From a virus (lineage: Duplodnaviria > Caudoviricetes), in the IMG/VR virus record IMGVR_UViG_3300012038_000039, positions 1-24,630 of that record: a stretch of 24,630 nt of DNA. One strand, given 5' to 3'. Shown one piece after another: positions 16,690 to 24,247 of this stretch (position 1 is its first letter; the number at the start of each line of letters is the position of its first letter). The notes under the pieces are model-generated. The model had not been told where the DNA came from, ran no database searches, and saw only the letters and a program-made list of their open reading frames with translations. The translations under genes were made by a program, and so were the position numbers.

Positions 16690-16719
16690 GGTATACACCA
16701 TGCAAGGAAACCGTGTCAA
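16690..16719 (-). promoter_or_regulatory. putative sigma70 promoter for the ParB-like operon
   Basis: Minus strand TTGACA (16719-16714), 18-bp spacer, TATACC (16695-16690), 32 bp upstream of the ATG. Confidence 0.5.
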
Positions 16720-16903
16720 TGCACGATGGTGGAGCATGCATAATGAAGCGCCCGAATTATGTCCTCTAGCTCGGCCGCGTAGGAAGGCCGCTGCGCGTTT
16801 AGCGCCGCTGGTGGCAGCGAACACCGGGCGGCCGGGCGCGCGCGTCAGGGCGGGCTGTTGGGGACGCCGGCGGGTCGGGTTCTGGCTGAGTGCCGTCCGC
16901 GGC

Positions 16904-16934
16904 TGGACCCTATCTGGACCCTCGTCAGGGTCCA
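16904..16934. repeat. integrase arm-type sites, left arm (3 x TGGACCCT)
   Basis: TGGACCCT at 16904 and 16915; inverted AGGGTCCA at 16927. Confidence 0.7.
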
Positions 16935-16997
16935 CATCACTACGATTCATCCTGTCTTGTTTCGCCGTAAGTCGTTGTGCCTTCGTAGGTTAGGTGA

Positions 16998-17042
16998 TGG
17001 TGCCGAGGGCGTGAATCGAACACGCGACACTACGATTTTCAG
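16998..17042 (-). other. attP core: 3' half of tRNA-Phe(GAA)
   Basis: Reverse complement CTGAAAA TCGTA GTGTC GCGTG TTCGATT CACGC CCTCGGC A CCA gives anticodon loop (GAA), T-arm, acceptor strand and CCA. The 5' half is absent; the site is next to the integrase. Confidence 0.88.
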
Positions 17043-17158
17043 CGAGCAGCAAACCCCACTTCAAACTTTCCAAACTTTGTCAAATTCGCAGGAACGCTGT
17101 ATCTTAAATACAGTCTCGTAGCGCACGTGAAGTTCTGACGCGCCGAGCGATCCAACTT

Positions 17159-17198
17159 TGGACCCTATAGGGGCCATTTCGTGGACCCTAGGGTCCAC
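17159..17198. repeat. integrase arm-type sites, right arm (4 copies incl. 18-bp palindrome)
   Basis: TGGACCCT 17159, AGGGGCCA 17169 (1 mismatch), and GTGGACCCTAGGGTCCAC 17181-17198. Confidence 0.7.
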
Positions 17199-17219
17199 CG
17201 GCGAACAGGAATTGAAAAC

Positions 17220-18479
17220 ATGCCGACCTGCAAACTTACCGATCGCTTCCTCGCCGGCCTCGAGGCGCCCGGCGAGTACCTCGACAGCCAGACACCCGAC
17301 TTCGGCGTCCGTGTCCAGCGCGCGAAAGGTGCGCGCATGTTCTTCCTCCGCGTGCGGGAGAACGCCCGGCGCGTCCGCATCCCCCTTGGCCGCTATCCCG
17401 ACGTCTCGCTGGCCGCCGCCCGGGTCCACGCGCAGGACTTGGGGCGGGCGCACCGCGCCGGGAAGACGCTGGTCGCGCCGGCGCTGCTGACGACGCCCGG
17501 CGCCACGCTGACGCCCGCCGCGCAGCTCGCCGACGTCTCGCCGCTGACGCTCACCTTTGCCAAGCTCCGCACGGCCTTCGTCGAGGCGCACGCGCCGACT
17601 TGGTCGCACCAACACCTGATTAACCAGAAATGGTTTGCCGAGAAGCTCTGTGGGCCGCTGTGGGACCAGCGGATCGTCAAGGACATCACGCGCCAGGAGA
17701 TTAAGTTGGTCGTGCGCGAGTACGCCAAGCGGACACCGACCAATGCCAACCGGCTGCAAGCCTTCCTGTCGCGGTGCTTCAACTGGGCTGTCGAAGAGGA
17801 TCTCCTCGAGGCGGCGCCGACCGTCGGCTTCAAGAAGACGCCAGAACGAGCCCGCGAGCGCGTGTTGCGGGCCGAGGAGATTCGCACCTTCTGGGCGGCC
17901 TGTCTCGAGCTGCACCAGGATCCGACGAACACGCCACGCGATCGCATGCTGTCGGACCTGTGGCGACTGCGGCTACTGACCGCGCAACGTGAGCAGGCGC
18001 TGCGGCGGTTGGAGTGGCGGATGTTTGATTGGGAGGCCGGCGTGATTCTCTTTCCGCGCGCGCTCATGAAGGGCAAGCAGCGCGGCCAAGTGCTGCCGCT
18101 CGTCGGCCGGGCACGGCTCATTTTCGAGCGGCGCCGCGACGAGAAGACGCCGTTTGACACCTTTGTGTTCGGCACGCGCACGGCGGCCGGGCACGCACCC
18201 GGACCGGCGCGCAATACGCCGTTCGCGCTGCCCGACTTCCGCGGCCACGACCTGCGGCGCACCGCTGCGACATTGATGGCGCAGCACGGCGTGACGCGCT
18301 TTGTCGTCGAGCGTGTGCTCGCGCACACCGACAAGAGCATTACCGCCGTCTACGACCAGTACGAATACCTCCCCGAGAAGCGCGCCGCGCTGGAGACGCT
18401 CGACCGCGTCCTGACGGCGATCCTCACGCCCGACCAGGCGCAGCCCGCCGCGCCCGTCGTGCCATTCGCGCGGCTCTAG
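17220..18479 (+). CDS. int: tyrosine integrase with N-terminal arm-binding domain (P4-like)
   Basis: KLTDRFL...DSQTPDFGVRV...IPLGRYPDVSLAAAR arm-binding domain. Catalytic R (LTAQR), HDLRRT, LAH, VYDQYEY. Start 17220 after AGGA. Confidence 0.93.
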   Translation: MPTCKLTDRFLAGLEAPGEYLDSQTPDFGVRVQRAKGARMFFLRVRENARRVRIPLGRYPDVSLAAARVHAQDLGRAHRAGKTLVAPALLTTPGATLTPAAQLADVSPLTLTFAKLRTAFVEAHAPTWSHQHLINQKWFAEKLCGPLWDQRIVKDITRQEIKLVVREYAKRTPTNANRLQAFLSRCFNWAVEEDLLEAAPTVGFKKTPERARERVLRAEEIRTFWAACLELHQDPTNTPRDRMLSDLWRLRLLTAQREQALRRLEWRMFDWEAGVILFPRALMKGKQRGQVLPLVGRARLIFERRRDEKTPFDTFVFGTRTAAGHAPGPARNTPFALPDFRGHDLRRTAATLMAQHGVTRFVVERVLAHTDKSITAVYDQYEYLPEKRAALETLDRVLTAILTPDQAQPAAPVVPFARL

Positions 18480-18826
18480 CCCAGATACAGGCGCAGCAGC
18501 GTGGCGGCTTTGTCCATGTACCGTTGTGCCAGTTCCACCATCTTCCGTGCCTCGACGTCCGGGCGCGGCTCTGTCCGCGGGTCCAGCGCGCGCGCCTGCC
18601 GATGCACGGCGTCCAGCGTCGTGTTCAGCAGCCGCGCCAGCGTGTGATGACTGCGCAGCGCCACGTCAATGCGGCCTTCTTCAATCTTCGTGATGGTGCG
18701 GGCCGAGAGCCCGCCGGTCGCTTCCAGGTGGTCGTGCGTCCGCTCGCCGCGCAGGTGCATGAAGGCCTGCCCGACGAGCACGTAGTAGGGGTCAATCTCA
18801 GCGGGATCAGGGGACTCAGCCGGCAT
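18476..18826 (-). CDS. XRE-family HTH repressor (CI-like)
   Basis: LRGERTHDHLEATGGLSARTITKIEEG...LARLLNTT is HTH_3-like; divergent from the AlpA-like gene. Start uncertain (18826 ATG, 18829 GTG or further upstream). Confidence 0.7.
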   Translation of the reverse strand: MPAESPDPAEIDPYYVLVGQAFMHLRGERTHDHLEATGGLSARTITKIEEGRIDVALRSHHTLARLLNTTLDAVHRQARALDPRTEPRPDVEARKMVELAQRYMDKAATLLRLYLG

Positions 18827-18879
18827 CACGTCGCGTGTTAATTCTTCTATCACGACGGCCTCCAGACTGAACGTGCGCA

Positions 18880-19000
18880 ACAGAATTTTGTTTGCGCGGC
18901 AAAACTATACTACTTCATCCCGTCTGTATTCCGTCTGTCGGCGCATTTTTGCGTTGACAACGACAAAACGCGGCGCGAAAGTAGGTTTCCGTTTTCGCAC
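18880..19000. promoter_or_regulatory. divergent lysis/lysogeny control region
   Basis: A/T-rich gap between divergent regulators. TTGACA 18954-18959 sits inside the imperfect palindrome TTTTGCGTTG-A-CAACGACAAAA; CCGTCTGT direct repeat at 18920 and 18931; TATACT at 18906. Confidence 0.5.
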
Positions 19001-19050
19001 AGTTGCGGCGTCTCGCCCTTTCCTGCGACGAAATACGCGAGGACTTCTCC

Positions 19051-19311
19051 ATGCCTGTCCAAGCGTCCGCGTCGGTCTTCCCTGAGTCCTATCCCCGCCT
19101 CTCGTCCGGGCTCGACGTGCTGATCCCCGTCAAGCTGGTCGCGCGCGTGCTGCGCGTGCATACCTCGACCGTGCGCGCGATGTCCCGGCGCGGCGACTTT
19201 CCCCCGCCGGTCAACATGGGCGCGCGGAAAATTCTCTACCTCCGCAGCGTGCTTGACACCTGGTATGCCGAGCGCGTCGGCATCCCCGGCGCCCGGTTCC
19301 CGATCGACTAA
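19051..19311 (+). CDS. AlpA/excisionase-like HTH protein
   Basis: GAGGAC RBS. LIPVKLVARVLRVHTSTVRAMSRRGDFPPPVNMGARKILY...W is the AlpA pattern. Confidence 0.8.
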   Translation: MPVQASASVFPESYPRLSSGLDVLIPVKLVARVLRVHTSTVRAMSRRGDFPPPVNMGARKILYLRSVLDTWYAERVGIPGARFPID

Positions 19312-19325
19312 TCGCTGAGGTAGTC

Positions 19326-19487
19326 ATGACCTGGCTAGCTCTACTCGCCGCCGTCGGGCTGGCGTTTAGCTGCGGCGTGGCCGTCGGGCGCCACCAGGCC
19401 GCCGCCCGGCCGCCGCGGCTCGCGTTCTACGGCCGCATGCAAACCGGCGCCGACCTGCGCCGGCGGCTGTTCGGAGGCCCGTCATGA
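19326..19487 (+). CDS. small hypothetical protein with hydrophobic N-terminus (53 aa)
   Basis: GAGG RBS; MTWLALLAAVGLAFSCGVAVG...; ATGA-coupled to the methyltransferase. Confidence 0.55.
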   Translation: MTWLALLAAVGLAFSCGVAVGRHQAAARPPRLAFYGRMQTGADLRRRLFGGPS

Positions 19488-20542
19488 GCGATGAACTAGT
19501 CCCGCAAACGCACGACGAGGCGGTGGCGCTGGCCGATCGATTGCGAGCCGATCGCCTCGCTGCCCGCGGGAACCTGTCAAAACAGGTCGTTGTCCGCAAG
19601 CGCATCCAGATCATCGGCGACCTGATGCGCGCGCGTGGCGCTGCGGTGCCGTTGCAGCTCGCCTACACGCGGGAACGGGTCGAGGCCGAGCGCGACATCG
19701 GCGATACCTTGCTAGCTGAAGGCGACCGCCGGAAGCCTAAAGCCGGACCGGGCCGCGGAAAAACGAAGTGGCAAGAAACCACTTCGTTTTCCGTTGCTGG
19801 AACGGAGTTGCCGCTTCCGCCTGGACTCTCAAAAGAGTTCGCGCGCGATTGTCGGACGCTCGCGCACTGGCCAAGGGAACACTACGACGCGGCAATGAGC
19901 CGGTGTGTCGCGGAACCGGAGAAGCACGAATTAACGAGTCACGCGCTGGTCAGTTTGGCGAAGCGGTACGCGCGCGCGCAAGCCACGACGGATGCGCCCG
20001 TGTTTCCCGCAGGCACCTTCGCCGTGCTCTGCGCCGATCCGCCGTGGACCTATCGCAATAGCGGATTCGAGCAGTCGGCCGCCGCGCAGTATCAAACGCT
20101 CGAGACGCCGGCCATCTGTGACCTCGCCGATGCCGACGGGCGTCCGGTCGCCGAATTGGCGACGGATGCGAGCGTGCTCTTTTTGTGGGTAACGTCGCCG
20201 CTGCTGCCCGATGGCCTGCGGGTGCTCGACGCCTGGAAATTTAGCTACGTCGCATCCCTCGTGTGGGTGAAAGACCGTGCGCCAGGCTTGGGCTGGTGGG
20301 TTGAGACGCGCCACGAATTCCTACTGATTGGGCGCCGCGCCGATAGTCCGCAGCCGGCCATCAAACCGCTGTCCGTCATTGACGCGGCCGTCAGTGGGCA
20401 TTCGGAAAAACCGGCGATCGTCTTCGAGACGATTGAAGCCATGTTTCCCGGCCCGCTGGACGAGACGCATTACATCGAACTGTTTTCGCGCCAGCCGCGC
20501 GCCGGCTGGGCCGCGTTCGGAAACCAGGTGCCCGCATGCTGA
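19484..20542 (+). CDS. MT-A70-family N6-adenine DNA methyltransferase
   Basis: FAVLCADPPW, VLFLWVT, WVK..PGLG...RHEFLLIG, HSEKP, IELFSR..RAGWAAFGNQ. Confidence 0.9.
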   Translation: MSDELVPQTHDEAVALADRLRADRLAARGNLSKQVVVRKRIQIIGDLMRARGAAVPLQLAYTRERVEAERDIGDTLLAEGDRRKPKAGPGRGKTKWQETTSFSVAGTELPLPPGLSKEFARDCRTLAHWPREHYDAAMSRCVAEPEKHELTSHALVSLAKRYARAQATTDAPVFPAGTFAVLCADPPWTYRNSGFEQSAAAQYQTLETPAICDLADADGRPVAELATDASVLFLWVTSPLLPDGLRVLDAWKFSYVASLVWVKDRAPGLGWWVETRHEFLLIGRRADSPQPAIKPLSVIDAAVSGHSEKPAIVFETIEAMFPGPLDETHYIELFSRQPRAGWAAFGNQVPAC

Positions 20543-20925
20543 CCGAAAACGAGAAGACGTCGGAGCGGAAGTTTGAGATCAAGTACGGCCCTGTGCGCCA
20601 ACTCGCGGGGAAGACGTGGGCCAAGATTTACCTTCACGGCGCGCATCGTGACGAATGGGTGCCGTCACTGGCCGACATGTACCGCATCGCGTGGGCACTC
20701 GCGCACTGCGAGGAGTTGAAATACCCGTCAGAGAAGGGGTTTGCCGGTAGCCGACTGCTCTATGAATTCCTGATGGCGGCAGCGAACGCCCATCACGACG
20801 GGCGGACGTTTGCCGACTTGTGCCGACAATTTGAGATTCCCGAACGCACCGGCGACGGCACGCTCATCCGTGCGAATGGGGCGCGATTGCCGCAGGACGC
20901 CGGGCGCGGACTATTTGACGAGTAG
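20536..20925 (+). CDS. hypothetical protein
   Basis: 129 aa ORF overlapping the methyltransferase end; codon pattern fits the operon. Confidence 0.65.
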   Translation: MLTENEKTSERKFEIKYGPVRQLAGKTWAKIYLHGAHRDEWVPSLADMYRIAWALAHCEELKYPSEKGFAGSRLLYEFLMAAANAHHDGRTFADLCRQFEIPERTGDGTLIRANGARLPQDAGRGLFDE

Positions 20926-20936
20926 AAGGAGGCCTC

Positions 20937-21692
20937 ATGACTGACACCGACTTGATGACGATTGACGCGCAGACGGGCGAAGCCATCGCCACGCTGACGC
21001 TGCGCGAAGTGCCCGCCGACACGCTGGCCGCCGCGCACCGCGCCGCCGTCGCACTCCAAGACGTGATTCGGCGCAAGGCGAAGCCGGTGATGTTCGGCGG
21101 CGAGCAGTACCTCGAATTCGAGGACTGGCAAACCGTCGGCCGCTTCTACGGCGTGACGTCCAAAGCCGTCAGCGTGGACCCGATCACCATTGGTGGCGTC
21201 CACGGCTTTAAGGCGGTGGCCGTCGCGCAGCTCGTGGACGGCCGCGCCATCAGCCGCGCCGAGTCGCTGTGCATGTCGGACGAAGCCAACTGGGCGCACA
21301 AGCCGCTCTACCAGCTCGCCAGCATGGCGCAGACACGGGCGTGCGCGAAGTCGCTGCGGAATGTCCTGGCCTGGGTCGTGGTGCTGGCCGGCTACCGCGC
21401 CACGCCGGCTGAGGAGCTCCAAGGCACGTCGGCCGTGTCGACGCGCAAGCCCCAGCCGGCCGTCCGTCCCGCGGCGCCGCTGCTGATCTCGAAGATGCAG
21501 CGCGACTACTTCGTCGAGCTGGTCGCCAAGCACCCGGCCTGGTCGGAAGCGGAAGTCAAGGCGCTGCTGAAGCAACACGACGTCCCTCACTCGTCGAAGA
21601 TGCCGATCGCGAAGTTTGACCTGCTCTGTCAAGCGATCGAAGCCGGGCCGTCGGTGGCCCTGGCCGATGTGGTGCCGGATCTCGATGCGTAA
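20937..21692 (+). CDS. putative single-strand annealing protein / recombinase
   Basis: AGGAGG RBS. YLEFEDWQTVG...SMAQTRACAKSLRN...AGYRATPAEE resembles phage annealing proteins; position before the replication gene. Confidence 0.55.
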   Translation: MTDTDLMTIDAQTGEAIATLTLREVPADTLAAAHRAAVALQDVIRRKAKPVMFGGEQYLEFEDWQTVGRFYGVTSKAVSVDPITIGGVHGFKAVAVAQLVDGRAISRAESLCMSDEANWAHKPLYQLASMAQTRACAKSLRNVLAWVVVLAGYRATPAEELQGTSAVSTRKPQPAVRPAAPLLISKMQRDYFVELVAKHPAWSEAEVKALLKQHDVPHSSKMPIAKFDLLCQAIEAGPSVALADVVPDLDA

Positions 21693-21704
21693 GGGCACGC
21701 GCGT

Positions 21705-22340
21705 ATGTGGGTACGACTCGATGACGAATTCCCCGTCCATCACAAGATCACCATTGCGGGCCGGCATATCGGCCGGCAGGCCACAGGGCGCGTGCTGGCC
21801 GTGTTCGTCGAGGGACTCTGCTGGTCAAACAAGCACCACACGGAGGGGTTTCTCCCCGCGGCGGTCGTGGGCTCGTTTCGGCATGACCGCGATCCGCTGC
21901 GGGTGGCCGCCGCGCTGGTGTGGGCCCGATTCTGGGAACCCGCCGACGGCGGCTGGTGCATTCACAATTGGGGCAAATACCAGCTCGACGCAGCCAAGCG
22001 CGCGGCCATTTCCAAAGCGCGCGCGGCGGCTGGCAAAAAAGGGGCGGAATCGCGCTGGAACGGCCAGAAAAATGGCAACCATAGCAAAATAATGGCAAAA
22101 AATGCCCCCGTTCCCGTTCCTCTTGCTTCTAAAGAAGCAAGAAAAAGACGCGCGCGCGAGACCGTGCGCGCCGAGTCGGTGTCCGGCGAACAACCGCTTC
22201 CCCCTTCTGGTGGAGGCCAGGGCAAACCCAAACACCAACCCAAGACCACGGGCGCGTGGAAGTGTCCCCACATCCCGATGTGCGCCAGCTACCCGGCCTG
22301 TATCAAGCGCACCTTGGACGACGCCAATGCCCGCAGCTGA
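21705..22340 (+). CDS. putative phage replication initiator
   Basis: MWVRLDDEFPVHHKI...TEGFLP...WE...GGWCIHNW.KYQ...AGKKGAESRW is a typical prophage Rep N-terminus. Confidence 0.7.
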   Translation: MWVRLDDEFPVHHKITIAGRHIGRQATGRVLAVFVEGLCWSNKHHTEGFLPAAVVGSFRHDRDPLRVAAALVWARFWEPADGGWCIHNWGKYQLDAAKRAAISKARAAAGKKGAESRWNGQKNGNHSKIMAKNAPVPVPLASKEARKRRARETVRAESVSGEQPLPPSGGGQGKPKHQPKTTGAWKCPHIPMCASYPACIKRTLDDANARS

Positions 22341-22725
22341 CCGGCGCCCGCCGCGCGTCCCCGAGAAGGCCGTGCAAGCGGACTGCGTGACCTTGCTGCG
22401 GTGGTTCGGCTTTCACGTGATTGTGCTCGGGACGGTGCGGCCGCAGGGCGATCATCCAGGCACCCGCCAATCACCCGGCGCGCCGGATCTGATCGCGATT
22501 GGGCACGGGCGGTGCCTGATGGTCGAAGTCAAGGCGCGCGGCGGTCGGTTGCGCCCGGCGCAGATGGTCTTTCGGCAGCGGTGTCTCGAGGCGGATGTGA
22601 GTCATGTGGTCGGCGGGGTGGATGACCTGATTGCCTGGCTGCAGGCGGAAGGGGTGCGGCGGCCGCTGGCGCTGTCGACGCTCGCGGCCGCGGCCGACGT
22701 GCCCGAGGAAGGCGAGGCCGACTGA
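22327..22725 (+). CDS. VRR-NUC (PD-(D/E)xK) nuclease
   Basis: EKAVQ...GAPDL...MVEVKARGGRLRPAQ; start 22327. Confidence 0.85.
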   Translation: MPAADRRPPRVPEKAVQADCVTLLRWFGFHVIVLGTVRPQGDHPGTRQSPGAPDLIAIGHGRCLMVEVKARGGRLRPAQMVFRQRCLEADVSHVVGGVDDLIAWLQAEGVRRPLALSTLAAAADVPEEGEAD

Positions 22726-22895
22726 TGGCGCGATCCCTGTTGCAACACTACCGACGGTTCTCGCTAGAGGATCTGCGCCGGGAATTTTTGTGCGTCTTCC
22801 TGCGGTGGACCGAGCAGCACGGCGTGGTCCCGACGGCGGACTTGGTGACGCGCCTAGACGTGATCAATCGCGTCATCCGTGAACGGGCCGACTGA
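22725..22895 (+). CDS. hypothetical protein (56 aa)
   Basis: TGATG-coupled at both ends; MARSLLQHYRRFSLEDLRREFL... Confidence 0.55.
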   Translation: MARSLLQHYRRFSLEDLRREFLCVFLRWTEQHGVVPTADLVTRLDVINRVIRERAD

Positions 22896-23185
22896 TGCAG
22901 CGCACCTACCAGGGCCGCCTCGTGCGGCTCACCATCGACGAACACGGCCATCTCTGGCTCGACTACGGCGAGGGCGAAGTCTCGTCCGTCCCGTTCGTCT
23001 ACCACGCTGGCACCCACGCGATCGTGCTGCCGCTGTCGGCGGTGCATGACCTGGGGCCGGAAGCCTATGGGCGCTTCGTGCTGGACGCCGCGGACCAGGG
23101 GATCGCCGTGCAGCCCGCGGTGTCTGCCGTCGGCCGCGCCGAGTGGCACATCGAAGAGCACGAGCAGGAGCCGCGCGAGCCATGA
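22895..23185 (+). CDS. hypothetical protein
   Basis: 96 aa; coupled start and stop. Confidence 0.6.
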   Translation: MQRTYQGRLVRLTIDEHGHLWLDYGEGEVSSVPFVYHAGTHAIVLPLSAVHDLGPEAYGRFVLDAADQGIAVQPAVSAVGRAEWHIEEHEQEPREP

Positions 23186-23382
23186 CGCGCGACGACGACG
23201 GCCCGCCGCTGGACGTCACCACGTTCAACGCCGAGCAGCGCGACGGGGCTGACACGCAGGCGCCGGTCGATAGCGTGCCCTGCGCGGCCTGTCACCGGCT
23301 GCTGCCCCGCGCGGAGCTGCTGCCGCCGGACTACGAGTGCGAGGAGTGCCGATGTCAGACGACGCGCTGGCCGTACCGCTGA
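23182..23382 (+). CDS. small Zn-finger protein (CxxC...CxxC)
   Basis: ATGA-coupled; CAAC...CEEC. Confidence 0.55.
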   Translation: MTRDDDGPPLDVTTFNAEQRDGADTQAPVDSVPCAACHRLLPRAELLPPDYECEECRCQTTRWPYR

Positions 23383-23558
23383 AGCGCAAGGGCTCGCTGG
23401 GGCTGCTGACGTCGCACCATGTCAGCGCCGCGCATGCGCCGAAACCCGTGCGCCGCGTGGTGGCCGTCACCGAGCCGCCGCGCGTCGTCACCTACAACGG
23501 CGTAGACTTCCTCGTCATGTTCGATGGCGTGGACCACCACACCGTCCAGGACGCCTAA
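23352..23558 (+). CDS. hypothetical protein (68 aa)
   Basis: GAGGAG RBS before ATG 23352; TAATG-coupled to the next gene. Confidence 0.55.
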   Translation: MSDDALAVPLKRKGSLGLLTSHHVSAAHAPKPVRRVVAVTEPPRVVTYNGVDFLVMFDGVDHHTVQDA

Positions 23559-23785
23559 TGCCGCCGCACTGGTACCGCGTGCAGACGATCTGCGCCGCCA
23601 CGATTCGCGAGACGTGGACGATTCGCAGTGATGTGCCGCTGACGTATGACGGGATTGCGGAAGCCCTCGAGGCACGCGGCCCGCATGTCGTCAACATGGA
23701 AGACGAGACGCGCGTCACCGAGGCCGATCGCAGCATCATCCAGATTGCGCGGTTGCCCGGCGATCCGTTACGGCCGACGCACTGA
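23558..23785 (+). CDS. hypothetical protein
   Basis: 75 aa; coupled start. Confidence 0.55.
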   Translation: MPPHWYRVQTICAATIRETWTIRSDVPLTYDGIAEALEARGPHVVNMEDETRVTEADRSIIQIARLPGDPLRPTH

Positions 23786-23795
23786 GGAGAACGCC

Positions 23796-23957
23796 ATGCC
23801 GCTGCTCCACGCGCTGCTGATCGTCGTGCTGATCGTGCTGCTGCTCGGCGTGTTGCCCGGCTGGCCCTACTCCGCGACGTGGGGCTACGGCCCGAGCGGG
23901 CTGCTCGGCGTGCTGCTGATCGTGCTGCTGGTGTTGCTGCTCATGGGCAAGCTCTGA
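23796..23957 (+). CDS. DUF3309-family small membrane protein
   Basis: GAGGAG RBS; LLIVVLIVLLLGVLPGWPYSATWGYGPSGLLGVLLIVLLVLLLMG is the DUF3309 signature. Confidence 0.85.
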   Translation: MPLLHALLIVVLIVLLLGVLPGWPYSATWGYGPSGLLGVLLIVLLVLLLMGKL

Positions 23958-24247
23958 TGCAGTTCTGTGATCGTCCAATCGCTGATCTACCGCTCACGCC
24001 GCGGACGTTAAATAGGCTTTGCCAGGAAGGGATAAAAACGATTGGGCAGGTGGCGAGTTCTACTGAGCGCGAATTGTTCCGAATCAGGAATCTTGGGCGG
24101 AAAGGGATCGACGAACTGCGCGCAGCCCTGCGAGCACAAGGCGTGGATATCGAAACGAACACATCGGTAATGTGGGAGACCTGTTCGCACTGTGGCCGTT
24201 CGGGCTGGCGTCGCGCACCATGGCGTTCAGCAGACGAGGACGACTGA
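23957..24247 (+). CDS. stand-alone RNA polymerase alpha-subunit C-terminal domain protein
   Basis: RPIADLPLTPRTLNRLCQEGIKTIGQVASSTERELFRIRNLGRKGIDEL aligns by eye to RpoA CTD (RPVDDLELTVRSANCL...PNLGKKSLTEI). Confidence 0.85.
   Translation: MQFCDRPIADLPLTPRTLNRLCQEGIKTIGQVASSTERELFRIRNLGRKGIDELRAALRAQGVDIETNTSVMWETCSHCGRSGWRRAPWRSADEDD

Noticed and set aside
16998-17042. Functional tRNA-Phe gene
   Set aside because: The D-arm, 5' acceptor strand and 5' anticodon stem are missing; it is an att core only.
17097-17113. LexA SOS box (CTGT...ACAG)
   Set aside because: The spacer is 9 nt, not the 8 nt of the E. coli-type box. It remains an unexplained inverted repeat (CTGTAT/ATACAG).
16904-17198. 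CRISPR-like or iteron array
   Set aside because: Repeats are 8 bp, in mixed orientation and irregularly spaced; better explained as integrase arm sites.
17061-18340. Minus-strand ORFs of 284 and 315 aa over the integrase
   Set aside because: Shadow ORFs with no recognisable motifs.
18954-18987. TTGACA...TAGGTT as a defined promoter
   Set aside because: The 22-bp spacer is too long; only the region as a whole is called regulatory.
19326-19487. Lipoprotein call for the 53-aa ORF (LAFSC)
   Set aside because: Non-canonical lipobox and no basic n-region.
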